Position numbers and translations under genes: made by a program. From contig CAZSOZ010000003.1 in the NCBI GenBank assembly GCA_964608675.1, positions 53,041 through 117,040 of the forward strand: a DNA stretch of 64,000 nucleotides, given 5' to 3'. The DNA is from an uncultured archaeon. GTDB lineage: Archaea > Iainarchaeota > Iainarchaeia > Iainarchaeales > 1-14-0-10-31-34. Below the pieces are notes generated by a model. That model did not search any database, was not told the DNA's origin, and saw only the letters and a list, made by a program, of their open reading frames with translations. Shown here piece after piece: positions 55,321 to 64,000 of this stretch; the first letter of the stretch is position 1; each line of letters begins with the position of its first letter.

Positions 55321-58300
55321 TTAAGCAGAAGATATTTTTGTTATTATAAACAAAATTATTCCTATAACCAGAATTATTGCTAGTGCTGTTGTAGTTGTTG
55401 CATCAACAGTTTCTTCTTGTGGGCAGTTGTCGTTTGGGTTGTCAATGCAGTTTGTCCATGTTCCGTTTGTGCATGTTTGTGTTCCTGGGCATCCTTCTGT
55501 TTTGCAGTTTTTGATTGTGTTTTCTATGCAGGTTGTTGTTGGATTATGTGTTTTTTGTGTTGTTTTGTATCCTGGTTTTTCTGCGGTAATTAATTGTGGT
55601 TGTATTAGTTCTGTGAAGTCTACTAGTCCTTGTGTGTTTGTGTATTTGTTTTCTGTTCCATAGTTTACTCTTACATTGCCCAAAGGATTTTCTTCTGAGT
55701 CAGTGACTTTAATTACAAGCCTGTCTTCTGTTTTGAATGTATACATTTTTAGTTCCTTTAATTTTTCTGGTTGTTTGCAGTCTGTTGGACAGTTTGTTTC
55801 GTTTTCAAATCCTGTTTCACATATGTTATCTCCACAAACTATTTCTTTAAAATTTAATTTAATGGTTTCAGTATAATACCCTGTTTTGGATACTTTAATT
55901 AAATCAAATCCTGTAATTGCTTTTAATTTAACTTGCCCTGTGCTGTCAGTCCAGTATATTTTTTCTGCATAAACTACTTTTGCGTTATGTAGGGGTTCAT
56001 CGTTGGTTACAATTAAAGTGAATGCTTGGCCGTCAACTAATTCAGGGTTGTCTGTTTGAACAGACAACTGTTTTAATTGTCCTGGAGGCAGATTTGTATC
56101 TTGTGCAGGACAATTGTCTTCAGGCACGTCCTGGCATGACTTCCATTTTCCGTTTCTGCATTCCTGTGTTCCCTGACACCCTTGGTTTGTAGTGCAGTAC
56201 TGAATTTCTCCTTCAATGCATTCCCCACAGAATTGTGTTTCCTGAGGTTTGTTTTCTTGTGTTCCGCAGTTTGAATTGTCTGTACAAGTTCTTGTTTGAT
56301 TTCCATCCATACAAGTACTCCATGTAGTACAGCTCCAGTTTTCATCACATGTACATGATGCTGTTTGGTGTATGTCTTCACAACAATATCCTGTTGTGTA
56401 GGTTTCTGTTCCGCAGTAGCATTCTTCTGTTATTTCTCCTTGTGGGCAGTTTGTTGGGCAGGGGGTGTTTCTCCAGTTTCCTGCACAGCAATAACCACTT
56501 GAATATAAGTCATCAGGATTATCTAGTTCTCCGCAGTAGCATTCTTCTGTTATTATTCCTTGTGAGCATGAGAATATGTCTTTAATACAACTTCCCCATT
56601 GCTCGTTTGTACAAGTTTGTGTTCCGCTTGAACCGTCAATCAAACACGCTCTTGTTGTTCCGTTAGTGCATTCTCCTTGGCAAGTTCCCCATTGGCCTTC
56701 TAAAGTACATGTTTGTGTTCCCGGGTTTCCTAATAAAGTCGTACAATTTCTTGTTTCTCCTGAAGTGCATTCAAAGCAGGTTTGTGTTTCTGTTGGTTTG
56801 TTGTTTGTTGTTCCGCAGTCATTGTTGTCTGTGCATGTTCTTGTTTGTGTTCCGTTTTCACAAGTACTCCATGCAGTACAGCTCCAGCTTTCTGTACAAG
56901 TAGCTTGTTCTGTTATTGTAATGCTTATAGGGGTTGTTTGTTTTGATTGAATTTCTGTGTTTTCTGGAATGTAATCTACAAAAAAAGTGTAGGTTTCGCC
57001 TATTGTTCCTGTTGGTATTACTTGCCATGAATTTGTGCAGGTTTCTCCTGCAGTCATATTAGAGCAGGTTTGAGGATTTAATGAAGTTGTATAAAATGGC
57101 TGTGCTCCTATTGTAGTTGAAACCTGTCCTTTTGTATTTCCTTCTGAATAATTTACTGTAAGCATTGCTTGGTTGTCAGGAAACCAAGGGCTGTCATATT
57201 GAATTATTCTTCTTCTTGCATTGCTTGTGCTTCCGTTGTCTTCAATAAATATTACTATGCTGTCTCCTTCCTGCCAATAATTTTTGTTTATTACTTCTTG
57301 TATTATTGGACTTAAATCAGGAGTATTATATGTCTGAAGATAAGCAAATCCAGCAAGGCTATTCCATTCAATTGATGAATTTGATTTTGTTCTTGAACTG
57401 TAATCTGTGTAAGTAGAAAATGCTAAAGGGCTGTCGTCTGTTTGACTTCTAATAATTAAATTAACTGTGTTTTCTGTGTCATCAAATCTTGAAGTTAACT
57501 GAATTGAAGCAGAATTAATTACTGCCCCTGCAGGCACATTTAAATTATTGAATCTGAATGCCATTTCATTTGGAGTTCCATTGCTATTTCCAATTACTCC
57601 TAAATCATGAGTTGTATTTATTGTTGTTCCGTATATCCATGCGTCGTCTGTTCCTTGGCTTATTATTGTGGAAATTTCCGGATCTAGTATTGCTTGAATG
57701 TTTCCGCAGTCAGAGTTATCGCAGGTAATTGAAGTTGAAAAAGTAAATGCGGTTCCGTATTCAACTGAAATATCTGCTTGAGGATTTACTTGTGAAACAT
57801 TTATTGTTGGGTTGGCTGTTGTTGGACAGTTGTCTCCTGAAATGTCTTCACATGTCTGCCATGTATTATTAATACATGTTTGTGTTCCTGGACAATTTTC
57901 TGTTGTAGTGCAATTTCTTGTTGTTCCGTTTGTGCATTCTGTTGCTGTGTCTGGAACCCATAAAGTGATTTCATCTACTCTAGCTGTTCCTTCATAGTCA
58001 TCTGAATGGGGTTCCCCTATATACAGGTATTCTGTAGAGTCATCCATTGCATTAATTAAATCCAGTGAAACCGAGTCAGTTTCTTCAATTAAATTTAGGC
58101 TTTCGTCATATAACCTTAAGATTACTTGGTTGTTTGCTTTTTCTAATTCAACGTAATACCATAACAAAGGATTATACACATATGCTATTTCCCAGTTCCA
58201 TGAAAAAGTGTTCCATACTCCATTTGCCCAAGTTCTCAGTAAATTTCCTCCTGAATTAGTTTCTGGAGCCATGTAAACCATATAAAAAGGAGTTTGAATA

Positions 58301-61065
58301 TGAGCTCCTGTTCCATATTCTAAATGGTCGTCTGAATCCATGTTTACTTTTCTATGCCAGTGCCACCAGTCTTCTGCACATTGGATTCCTGAACAAATTC
58401 CATCTGATATTACCAGCCAGTAAAAGCCGTTTTCATAATAACCTGAATGATCGTTGAATGCAGGGTTATCATAGTCTGCTTGTTCATAATTTCCTATGTC
58501 GTAATCAACTTGTCCTACTTTAACTCTTATTTTGTATTGTGATGGAAGAATGTTTGTTGTTCTTATTAATGCGGCATCATTAAAGTTCGGAGTACTAAAA
58601 ACTGCTTCCTGATTGTTTATTGAAATGCTTCCATTATTAACTAAATGCGGAGTAAGCCAGCTGTCTGTTCCAAATGCAGTGTTGTTTGTTAAACTTGAAA
58701 CAGAATCAAAGTTTTCTTGGTAACGCAAAACCCAGTTAACAGCGTCTCCAGGACAGTTGTCGTTTGGAGTATCTGAACACGAACCCCATGCTCCTCCTGA
58801 ACAAGTTTGAGTTCCCGGGCATGCTTCTGTTGTTGTACAGGATTGTGTTTGCCCATCTGAACAAACCGGACAGGATGTTGTCTGATAATTTCCTGAACAG
58901 CAGTATCCTGAAGAATATTGTGTTCCTCCGCAAAAGCATGAATAAGTTATTTGTCCTTGAGGACATGTAGGACAAGTGTCTCCTGAATCATCTGTACAAT
59001 TTCCCCATACTCCGCTTGTGCATGTTTGTGTTCCTGGACAACCATAAGTTGTTGTACATGATTGTGTTTGTCCTGTTGTACAGCTTCCTGGACAGCTGTC
59101 CCCTGAAATATCTATACAGGAACCACACCCTGAATTATTGCATGAAATTAATCCAGGACAACTTTGGCTTGTAGTGCAACTGTATGAATAAGAACCAGTT
59201 TCTGAAAAATAATCATATGCTTCCCCAAATTGTGCTCCATTTAATAAAATGTTGTTCAAAAAACGGTTGTTTAATGAATCTCCATATCTGTTAAAAACAT
59301 GCACAGTGTATGAATACAAATCATAAGGAGAAGTTAATTTTTCTATTGTAGAGTTTTCAAAAGTAAAATTGTCTCCTCCTGCAAAATAAAACATTATGTC
59401 ATTGCTTTTGAATGTATTGTTTTGCATTTGAACGTTAGATCCACTTGTTGCTGCTGCATAAAAAGGAGTTGCAAAATAATTAGGGTTATTTTCATTTATT
59501 CCTACAAATACATTGTCATGAACTTCAGTGTATCCAACAGGATTTGATATTCTTAATCCTATTCCGTTTCCGTGATTGGAATGAGTTCTTGCTTCAACGT
59601 AATTATTGTAAATATAATAATTGTTTCCTCCTTCTGCCTGTATTCCATAAGCTGTTTTATTGAATCCTTGTTCTTGATTTCTTTGTTCTTTTACTTTAAC
59701 TGTGTTGTCTCTTATTGTAATATTAGTTGAATTATCGTGTTCAATATGAATTCCTCTTCCGCTTGTTAAGTCAATTGTATTATTATATATATCCGTATAT
59801 TTTACGTCATAAAACTGCATCGCAAAAGCTTGAGTGTATTTTGAATTATGTTTTATTGTATTATTGTAGATATTTATTGGGGTTGATGAATCATTATAAG
59901 CACGGTCAAATAAGATTCCTATTTGCGGACTTCCTAAAATTTGGTTGTCATTAATAGTTGTATTTCCCCCTCCTCCAATGCATTCAATTAATGCATACAT
60001 GTTGTCTCTTCTAATTACAATATCTTCTGGATTCTGAGTGAAATCAGTTACATTATAATTGTGATGAGTAAAAGTATTATGATGAATGTTTGATCCATAA
60101 CAATTTGAAGTACTGGCTCCTCCAAAAGCATAAATTGCACTGCTTTCAACTCCCCCCATGCGTGCATTAATATAAGAAACTTCTGCATTTCTTAATTTTG
60201 ATGCAATTGAGTGGCAGAAATAACAATCCATGTTTCCCTGTATGATTGAACCATTAGTTATTGTGAGCCCGTTTTTTGTGTATTCTCCTCCGTATCCTGC
60301 AATTTCATTTGTGGTTATTCCCCTGTAATTTGCTGCAAGAAGCCTTACATAATCAATGTATACTGGTCCTGATTCATAAGACAAATTTGATACGGTTATT
60401 CTAAGATATGCTTCTGTCGGAGTGCTTACGCTAAAAACATATCCGCTGTCTGCTGCAGGAAAAAAATGAAATCCTCTGTTAGTAATTGAAGTCCCGCTTT
60501 GATAGTATTCTGATGTAGCAATAATTTGATTGGATGAATTCAATACATCAATTCTTGCATCTGCACTGTCTGCCTGAAAATTATTAAACATAGCTGAAGC
60601 AATATAATCAATTCCAGGCTCTAAAGTAATAGGGACTGTTGATGTAATTTGAATTGAATTAGGGGCTCCTGAAGAATTAATTCTAATTGAATGGCTTCCG
60701 TCAAACAAAGTCGGATTGCTTGCATTACTGAATGGATCTGGAGGATAATAACTTCCTGCATATCTTTCTGCATGGCTGTCAGAAAAAGTCCATCCGTCTG
60801 CAAGCGTTGAATTTGCTCCTGCTGTTTCAAATCCTCCGTTATAAACCTGCTCAAACGAGACATCAGCATAAGTCACGGTATGGCCGTTTAAATTCAAAGT
60901 TATATTGTCTTCAGTGATAGTAAAACAGGTTCCTGTGCTTGAAACATCCGCAGTTAAATCATATGTTGCTCCGGCTTGATTTAATGTTCCACAACTATTA
61001 ATATTAATTGAATAAACAAAACTTAATGAAAGAATTAAAATTAAAAAGCAAAAGAATTTCTTCAT
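55321..61065 (-). CDS. Large Cys-rich multidomain cell-surface protein (beta-helix, DNRLRE-like and repeat domains, C-terminal membrane anchor)
   Basis: Signal peptide; Asn-rich parallel beta-helix repeats; three Cys-repeat types; DDAW...FRFNNLNVPAGAVINSA domain; terminal TM ALAIILVIGIILFII. Confidence 0.88.
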   Translation of the reverse strand: MKKFFCFLILILSLSFVYSININSCGTLNQAGATYDLTADVSSTGTCFTITEDNITLNLNGHTVTYADVSFEQVYNGGFETAGANSTLADGWTFSDSHAERYAGSYYPPDPFSNASNPTLFDGSHSIRINSSGAPNSIQITSTVPITLEPGIDYIASAMFNNFQADSADARIDVLNSSNQIIATSEYYQSGTSITNRGFHFFPAADSGYVFSVSTPTEAYLRITVSNLSYESGPVYIDYVRLLAANYRGITTNEIAGYGGEYTKNGLTITNGSIIQGNMDCYFCHSIASKLRNAEVSYINARMGGVESSAIYAFGGASTSNCYGSNIHHNTFTHHNYNVTDFTQNPEDIVIRRDNMYALIECIGGGGNTTINDNQILGSPQIGILFDRAYNDSSTPINIYNNTIKHNSKYTQAFAMQFYDVKYTDIYNNTIDLTSGRGIHIEHDNSTNITIRDNTVKVKEQRNQEQGFNKTAYGIQAEGGNNYYIYNNYVEARTHSNHGNGIGLRISNPVGYTEVHDNVFVGINENNPNYFATPFYAAATSGSNVQMQNNTFKSNDIMFYFAGGDNFTFENSTIEKLTSPYDLYSYTVHVFNRYGDSLNNRFLNNILLNGAQFGEAYDYFSETGSYSYSCTTSQSCPGLISCNNSGCGSCIDISGDSCPGSCTTGQTQSCTTTYGCPGTQTCTSGVWGNCTDDSGDTCPTCPQGQITYSCFCGGTQYSSGYCCSGNYQTTSCPVCSDGQTQSCTTTEACPGTQTCSGGAWGSCSDTPNDNCPGDAVNWVLRYQENFDSVSSLTNNTAFGTDSWLTPHLVNNGSISINNQEAVFSTPNFNDAALIRTTNILPSQYKIRVKVGQVDYDIGNYEQADYDNPAFNDHSGYYENGFYWLVISDGICSGIQCAEDWWHWHRKVNMDSDDHLEYGTGAHIQTPFYMVYMAPETNSGGNLLRTWANGVWNTFSWNWEIAYVYNPLLWYYVELEKANNQVILRLYDESLNLIEETDSVSLDLINAMDDSTEYLYIGEPHSDDYEGTARVDEITLWVPDTATECTNGTTRNCTTTENCPGTQTCINNTWQTCEDISGDNCPTTANPTINVSQVNPQADISVEYGTAFTFSTSITCDNSDCGNIQAILDPEISTIISQGTDDAWIYGTTINTTHDLGVIGNSNGTPNEMAFRFNNLNVPAGAVINSASIQLTSRFDDTENTVNLIIRSQTDDSPLAFSTYTDYSSRTKSNSSIEWNSLAGFAYLQTYNTPDLSPIIQEVINKNYWQEGDSIVIFIEDNGSTSNARRRIIQYDSPWFPDNQAMLTVNYSEGNTKGQVSTTIGAQPFYTTSLNPQTCSNMTAGETCTNSWQVIPTGTIGETYTFFVDYIPENTEIQSKQTTPISITITEQATCTESWSCTAWSTCENGTQTRTCTDNNDCGTTNNKPTETQTCFECTSGETRNCTTLLGNPGTQTCTLEGQWGTCQGECTNGTTRACLIDGSSGTQTCTNEQWGSCIKDIFSCSQGIITEECYCGELDNPDDLYSSGYCCAGNWRNTPCPTNCPQGEITEECYCGTETYTTGYCCEDIHQTASCTCDENWSCTTWSTCMDGNQTRTCTDNSNCGTQENKPQETQFCGECIEGEIQYCTTNQGCQGTQECRNGKWKSCQDVPEDNCPAQDTNLPPGQLKQLSVQTDNPELVDGQAFTLIVTNDEPLHNAKVVYAEKIYWTDSTGQVKLKAITGFDLIKVSKTGYYTETIKLNFKEIVCGDNICETGFENETNCPTDCKQPEKLKELKMYTFKTEDRLVIKVTDSEENPLGNVRVNYGTENKYTNTQGLVDFTELIQPQLITAEKPGYKTTQKTHNPTTTCIENTIKNCKTEGCPGTQTCTNGTWTNCIDNPNDNCPQEETVDATTTTALAIILVIGIILFIITKISSA
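55430..59200 (-). repeat. Intragenic Cys-rich protein repeats
   Basis: 7 copies of C..G.T..C....GTQ(T/E)C...W..C, 3 copies of C.QG.IT..C.CG...Y..GYCC, 2 copies of C.E.WSCT.WSTC..G.QTRTCTD...CGT; interrupted by non-repeat domains; boundaries approximate. Confidence 0.85.
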
Positions 61066-61114
61066 TAAAAATCCAATAATAATAATCTTTTATTATTTAA
61101 ATAACTTTTCTTTT

Positions 61115-61828
61115 TTATTGTTGAATTTCATTTAAAATTTGTTTTACTGCCTGCTTTCTTTTCATTTTATATTTTTCTGCCTGAATTATTGGTCTTCCAA
61201 TTACAAGAAAATCTGCTCCTTTTTTTACTGCTTGTTTTGGAGTTAAAATTCTTTTTTGGTCGTCATTAGAAGAAGCATATTCGGGTCTTATTCCAGGAGT
61301 AATACATAAAAAGTTTTTTCCGCAGGCTTTTTTGATTAATTCAATTTCTTTGGGAGAACAAACTACTCCGTCTAATCCTGCTTTTTTTGCATTCAAGGCC
61401 AAATGCAGTACCATTTCTTCAACTGAAGCATTAATTTTCAATTTTTTTAATGTTTTTTCATTCATGCTTGTAAGAATTGTGACTCCAACAATTAATGGTT
61501 TCCTTAAATTTTTTTGTTTGCAGTATTTTTCAGTTTCTTCTCTGGCTTTTTTCATCATTTCAATTCCACCCAAACAATGCACATTAAAAACAAACACATT
61601 CATTTCTGCTGCAGCTTTAGCATAATTTCCTGCAGTGTTTGGAATGTCATGAAACTTTAAATCCAAAAAAATTTCTCCGCCTTTTTTTCTTATTTCTTTT
61701 ACCAGTTCAGGACCGAATTTAACAAAAGCGTCATTCAGTTTAAACATTACTTGATTATTTAGTTCTTCCACTAATTCAAGAATTTCTTTTTTTTCTAAGT
61801 TGTCTAAAGCAAGAAAAATTTTTTTCAT
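61115..61828 (-). CDS. pyrF: Orotidine-5'-phosphate decarboxylase
   Basis: FLDLKFHDIPNT, GVTILTS, DGVVCS, TPGIR, DDQKR, VIGRPI. Start moved to ATG 61828. Confidence 0.95.
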   Translation of the reverse strand: MKKIFLALDNLEKKEILELVEELNNQVMFKLNDAFVKFGPELVKEIRKKGGEIFLDLKFHDIPNTAGNYAKAAAEMNVFVFNVHCLGGIEMMKKAREETEKYCKQKNLRKPLIVGVTILTSMNEKTLKKLKINASVEEMVLHLALNAKKAGLDGVVCSPKEIELIKKACGKNFLCITPGIRPEYASSNDDQKRILTPKQAVKKGADFLVIGRPIIQAEKYKMKRKQAVKQILNEIQQ

Positions 61829-61929
61829 TTTACACACCAAATTTTTTTAATTTCATTTTTTTATTTTTTTTTCAGTTTTTTTTTAATTTTTTTAGTAATT
61901 TTTTTTCTGTTTTTTTCCCTTTATTTTTT

Positions 61930-62595
61930 TTATACTCCGTACTTTTTTTTGTATTCAATCATTTTTTCAAATTTTTTGTCATCTAAAACAATTTTTCCAT
62001 TAATTTTTTTGTTATGCAAATATTCAGTTATTTCATCAAAGTCGACTATTGATTTAACTTTAATTTTCAAGTTATCTTCTATTTCCTGTATTGCGCTTTT
62101 TTCTTTCAGTCCTTTTTCTTTTCTGTTCACTGAAATAATTATTCCTGTTATTTTTGGACTGCCTTCTTTTTTTAGTAATTCAAGTGTTTCTCTTACTGCT
62201 GTTCCGGCAGTAATAACATCATCTATTATCAAAACTTTTGTGTTTTCGTTAACTTTTGTTCCTATGATGTTTCCTTTTTCTCCGTGGTCTTTGCATTCTT
62301 TTCTGTTGAATGCATAACCCTTGTTTATTTTTAGTTCAGCTAATTTTATTGAAGCAGAAACACACAAGGGAATTCCTTTGTATGCAGGTCCAAACAATAT
62401 GTCAAACTCTGAAAAATTTTCTTTTATTGCTTTTGCATAAAATTCTCCGAGTTTTTGTATTCCTTTTCCGTCATTGAACATTCCTGTATTAATGAAATAC
62501 GGGCTTATTCTTCCTGACTTTAAAGTGAATTCTCCAAACTTTAAAGCATTATTTTTTACTAAAAATTCAATAAACTCTTTTTTGTATTCCTGCAT
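61930..62595 (-). CDS. pyrE: Orotate phosphoribosyltransferase
   Basis: LKFGEFTLKSGRISPYF, FGPAYKGIP, NRKE.KDHGE.G, IIDDVITAGTA. Confidence 0.95.
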   Translation of the reverse strand: MQEYKKEFIEFLVKNNALKFGEFTLKSGRISPYFINTGMFNDGKGIQKLGEFYAKAIKENFSEFDILFGPAYKGIPLCVSASIKLAELKINKGYAFNRKECKDHGEKGNIIGTKVNENTKVLIIDDVITAGTAVRETLELLKKEGSPKITGIIISVNRKEKGLKEKSAIQEIEDNLKIKVKSIVDFDEITEYLHNKKINGKIVLDDKKFEKMIEYKKKYGV

Positions 62596-63927
62596 TTATC
62601 TCCCGCCTATAGTTATTTCTTTTCCATGAAACTTTGTGTTTATTTTTCCGTTGTCAAAAACAATTTTTCCTGCAATAATAGTTTTCTCTATTCTTCCTTT
62701 TAATTTTTTTCCATTAAAAGGACTCCATTTACATTTTGAATGCATTTTTTTGTTTTCAATTGCCATTTTTTTGTTTAAATCAACTAAAACGAAATCAGCA
62801 TCAAAGCCTTCCTTTATTTTTCCTTTATTTTTTATTCTGTAAATTTCTGCCGGCTTTTCGCATAACACTTCAATTAATCTCTGCAAAGGCATTTCTTTTT
62901 TTACGGCTTTATCCAGCAGCAAAGGATAAATTGTTTCTACTCCAGGAACTCCTGCAGGAGCATTCCAGTAATTCTTTAATTTTTCTTTTTTTAAATGAGG
63001 TGCGTGGTCTGATGCAACAAAATCAATTTTTCCATTCAATAAATTTTTCCATAAGAAATCATTGTCTTCTTTTGTTCTTAAAGGAGGATTCATTTTTCCA
63101 AAATTCTTTAATTTCTTTAAATCAGTTTCATTTAAAAACAAATGATGCGGGCAAACTTCACAAGAAATTTTTTTTGTTTTCTTTTTTGCTTCAAGAATTT
63201 TTTTTAATCCTTTTTTTGTTGATACATGCAGAAAATGAAGCTTGTTTTTTGTTATTTTTTGTGTTTGCAAAGCTTTTTCTATTGCTTTTATTTCTGCTTC
63301 CCTGCTTCTTATTTTGTTATGGTATTTAACGTCGTTCCAGTTTTTTCTTCCTGCTTTTCCTTTTCCTTTTCTTATTACTTTTTCGTCTTCGGCATGAACT
63401 ATAACTAACCTGTTTTCTTGTTGTGCAAGCCTGAAAATAATTCTTCTGTGAATTTCTTTTTCAATCAGCATTGAAGCAGTTGAAGACCCCATAAAAACTT
63501 TGATTGATTTAATGTTTTTTATTCTTTCAATTTTGCTTGCTTTTTCCGGAGTAGCCCCAAAATGAAAGCCAAAATTAATCATTGAATTTTCTTTTGCAAT
63601 TTTTCTTTTTTCTTCAACTCTTTTTTTTGTTGTTGTAGGAGGCACATTGTTCGGCATGTCGATTACTGTTGTGATTCCTCCTGCTGCTGCAGATTTTGAT
63701 TCAGTTTTCCAGTTTCCTTTCCAAGGCATTCCAGGTTCCCTGAAATGTACGTGAGTGTCAATGCCTCCTGGCAGAAGAAACTTTTTTTTTGCGTCAATTG
63801 TTTTGTTTGCTTTTGTTTTTATTTGAGAATCAGATATTTTTTGAATTTTTCCTTTTTTGCAGAAAACATTTTTTATTACTGTTTTTTTGCCTGAAACTAT
63901 TCTTGCATTTTTTATCAGCAAAGACAT
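62596..63927 (-). CDS. pyrC: Dihydroorotase (multifunctional-complex type)
   Basis: PGGIDTHVHFREPG, DMPN, HAED, HVST, CPHHL, KMNPPLR, SDHAPH. Confidence 0.9.
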   Translation of the reverse strand: MSLLIKNARIVSGKKTVIKNVFCKKGKIQKISDSQIKTKANKTIDAKKKFLLPGGIDTHVHFREPGMPWKGNWKTESKSAAAGGITTVIDMPNNVPPTTTKKRVEEKRKIAKENSMINFGFHFGATPEKASKIERIKNIKSIKVFMGSSTASMLIEKEIHRRIIFRLAQQENRLVIVHAEDEKVIRKGKGKAGRKNWNDVKYHNKIRSREAEIKAIEKALQTQKITKNKLHFLHVSTKKGLKKILEAKKKTKKISCEVCPHHLFLNETDLKKLKNFGKMNPPLRTKEDNDFLWKNLLNGKIDFVASDHAPHLKKEKLKNYWNAPAGVPGVETIYPLLLDKAVKKEMPLQRLIEVLCEKPAEIYRIKNKGKIKEGFDADFVLVDLNKKMAIENKKMHSKCKWSPFNGKKLKGRIEKTIIAGKIVFDNGKINTKFHGKEITIGGR

Positions 63928-63944
63928 GTTTTTCCTTTTTATTT

Positions 63945-64000
<56 letters not shown>

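Noticed and set aside
55430-59200. Repeated TGTTTGTGTTCC-type DNA units as a possible CRISPR array or DGR repeat
   Set aside because: They encode in-frame GTQTC protein repeats at irregular spacing; no cas or reverse transcriptase gene is present.
61841-61929. T-rich low-complexity spacer between pyrE and pyrF
   Set aside because: No ORF, hairpin or defined repeat unit; consistent with compositional bias.
600-63408. Many short Phe/Leu/Ile-rich ORFs (60-200 aa)
   Set aside because: Antisense or off-frame products of Lys-rich, A-rich genes; they overlap well-supported CDSs.

Overview
AT-rich archaeal DNA, most consistent with a DPANN lineage such as Iainarchaeota/Diapherotrites. That placement is an inference from archaeal TBP, rpl21e-rpo4-DUF655-ksgA, aglB, AMP phosphorylase, GGTGA-type RBS and bacterial-looking pyr/apt genes. 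About 44 kb (6.7-50.5 kb) is one surface-glycan/N-glycosylation cluster. It holds nucleotide-sugar enzymes, about 10 glycosyltransferases, a flippase, an aglB/aglH-like/Alg14-like/Alg13-like module, three NDP-sugar C-methyltransferases, a formyltransferase and two radical SAM enzymes. The flanks carry DUF368/OPT/lemA/htpX/mtnP/apt on the left, and a stand-alone 5S rRNA, TBP, information genes, AMP phosphorylase, a 1914-aa Cys-rich surface protein and pyrFEC on the right. The most striking signal is regulatory. Two paralogous ribbon-helix-helix (NikR/CopG-like) + sugar-phosphate nucleotidyltransferase fusion genes, one enzyme-like and one degenerate, each carry the same three-half-site TCATA/TATGA array over their own start codon. 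A second motif, TTGTACCAA, recurs in five intergenic regions of the glycan cluster, always oriented toward a downstream gene. No CRISPR array, tRNA or mobile element was recognised. All calls come from reading motifs by eye; no searches were run.
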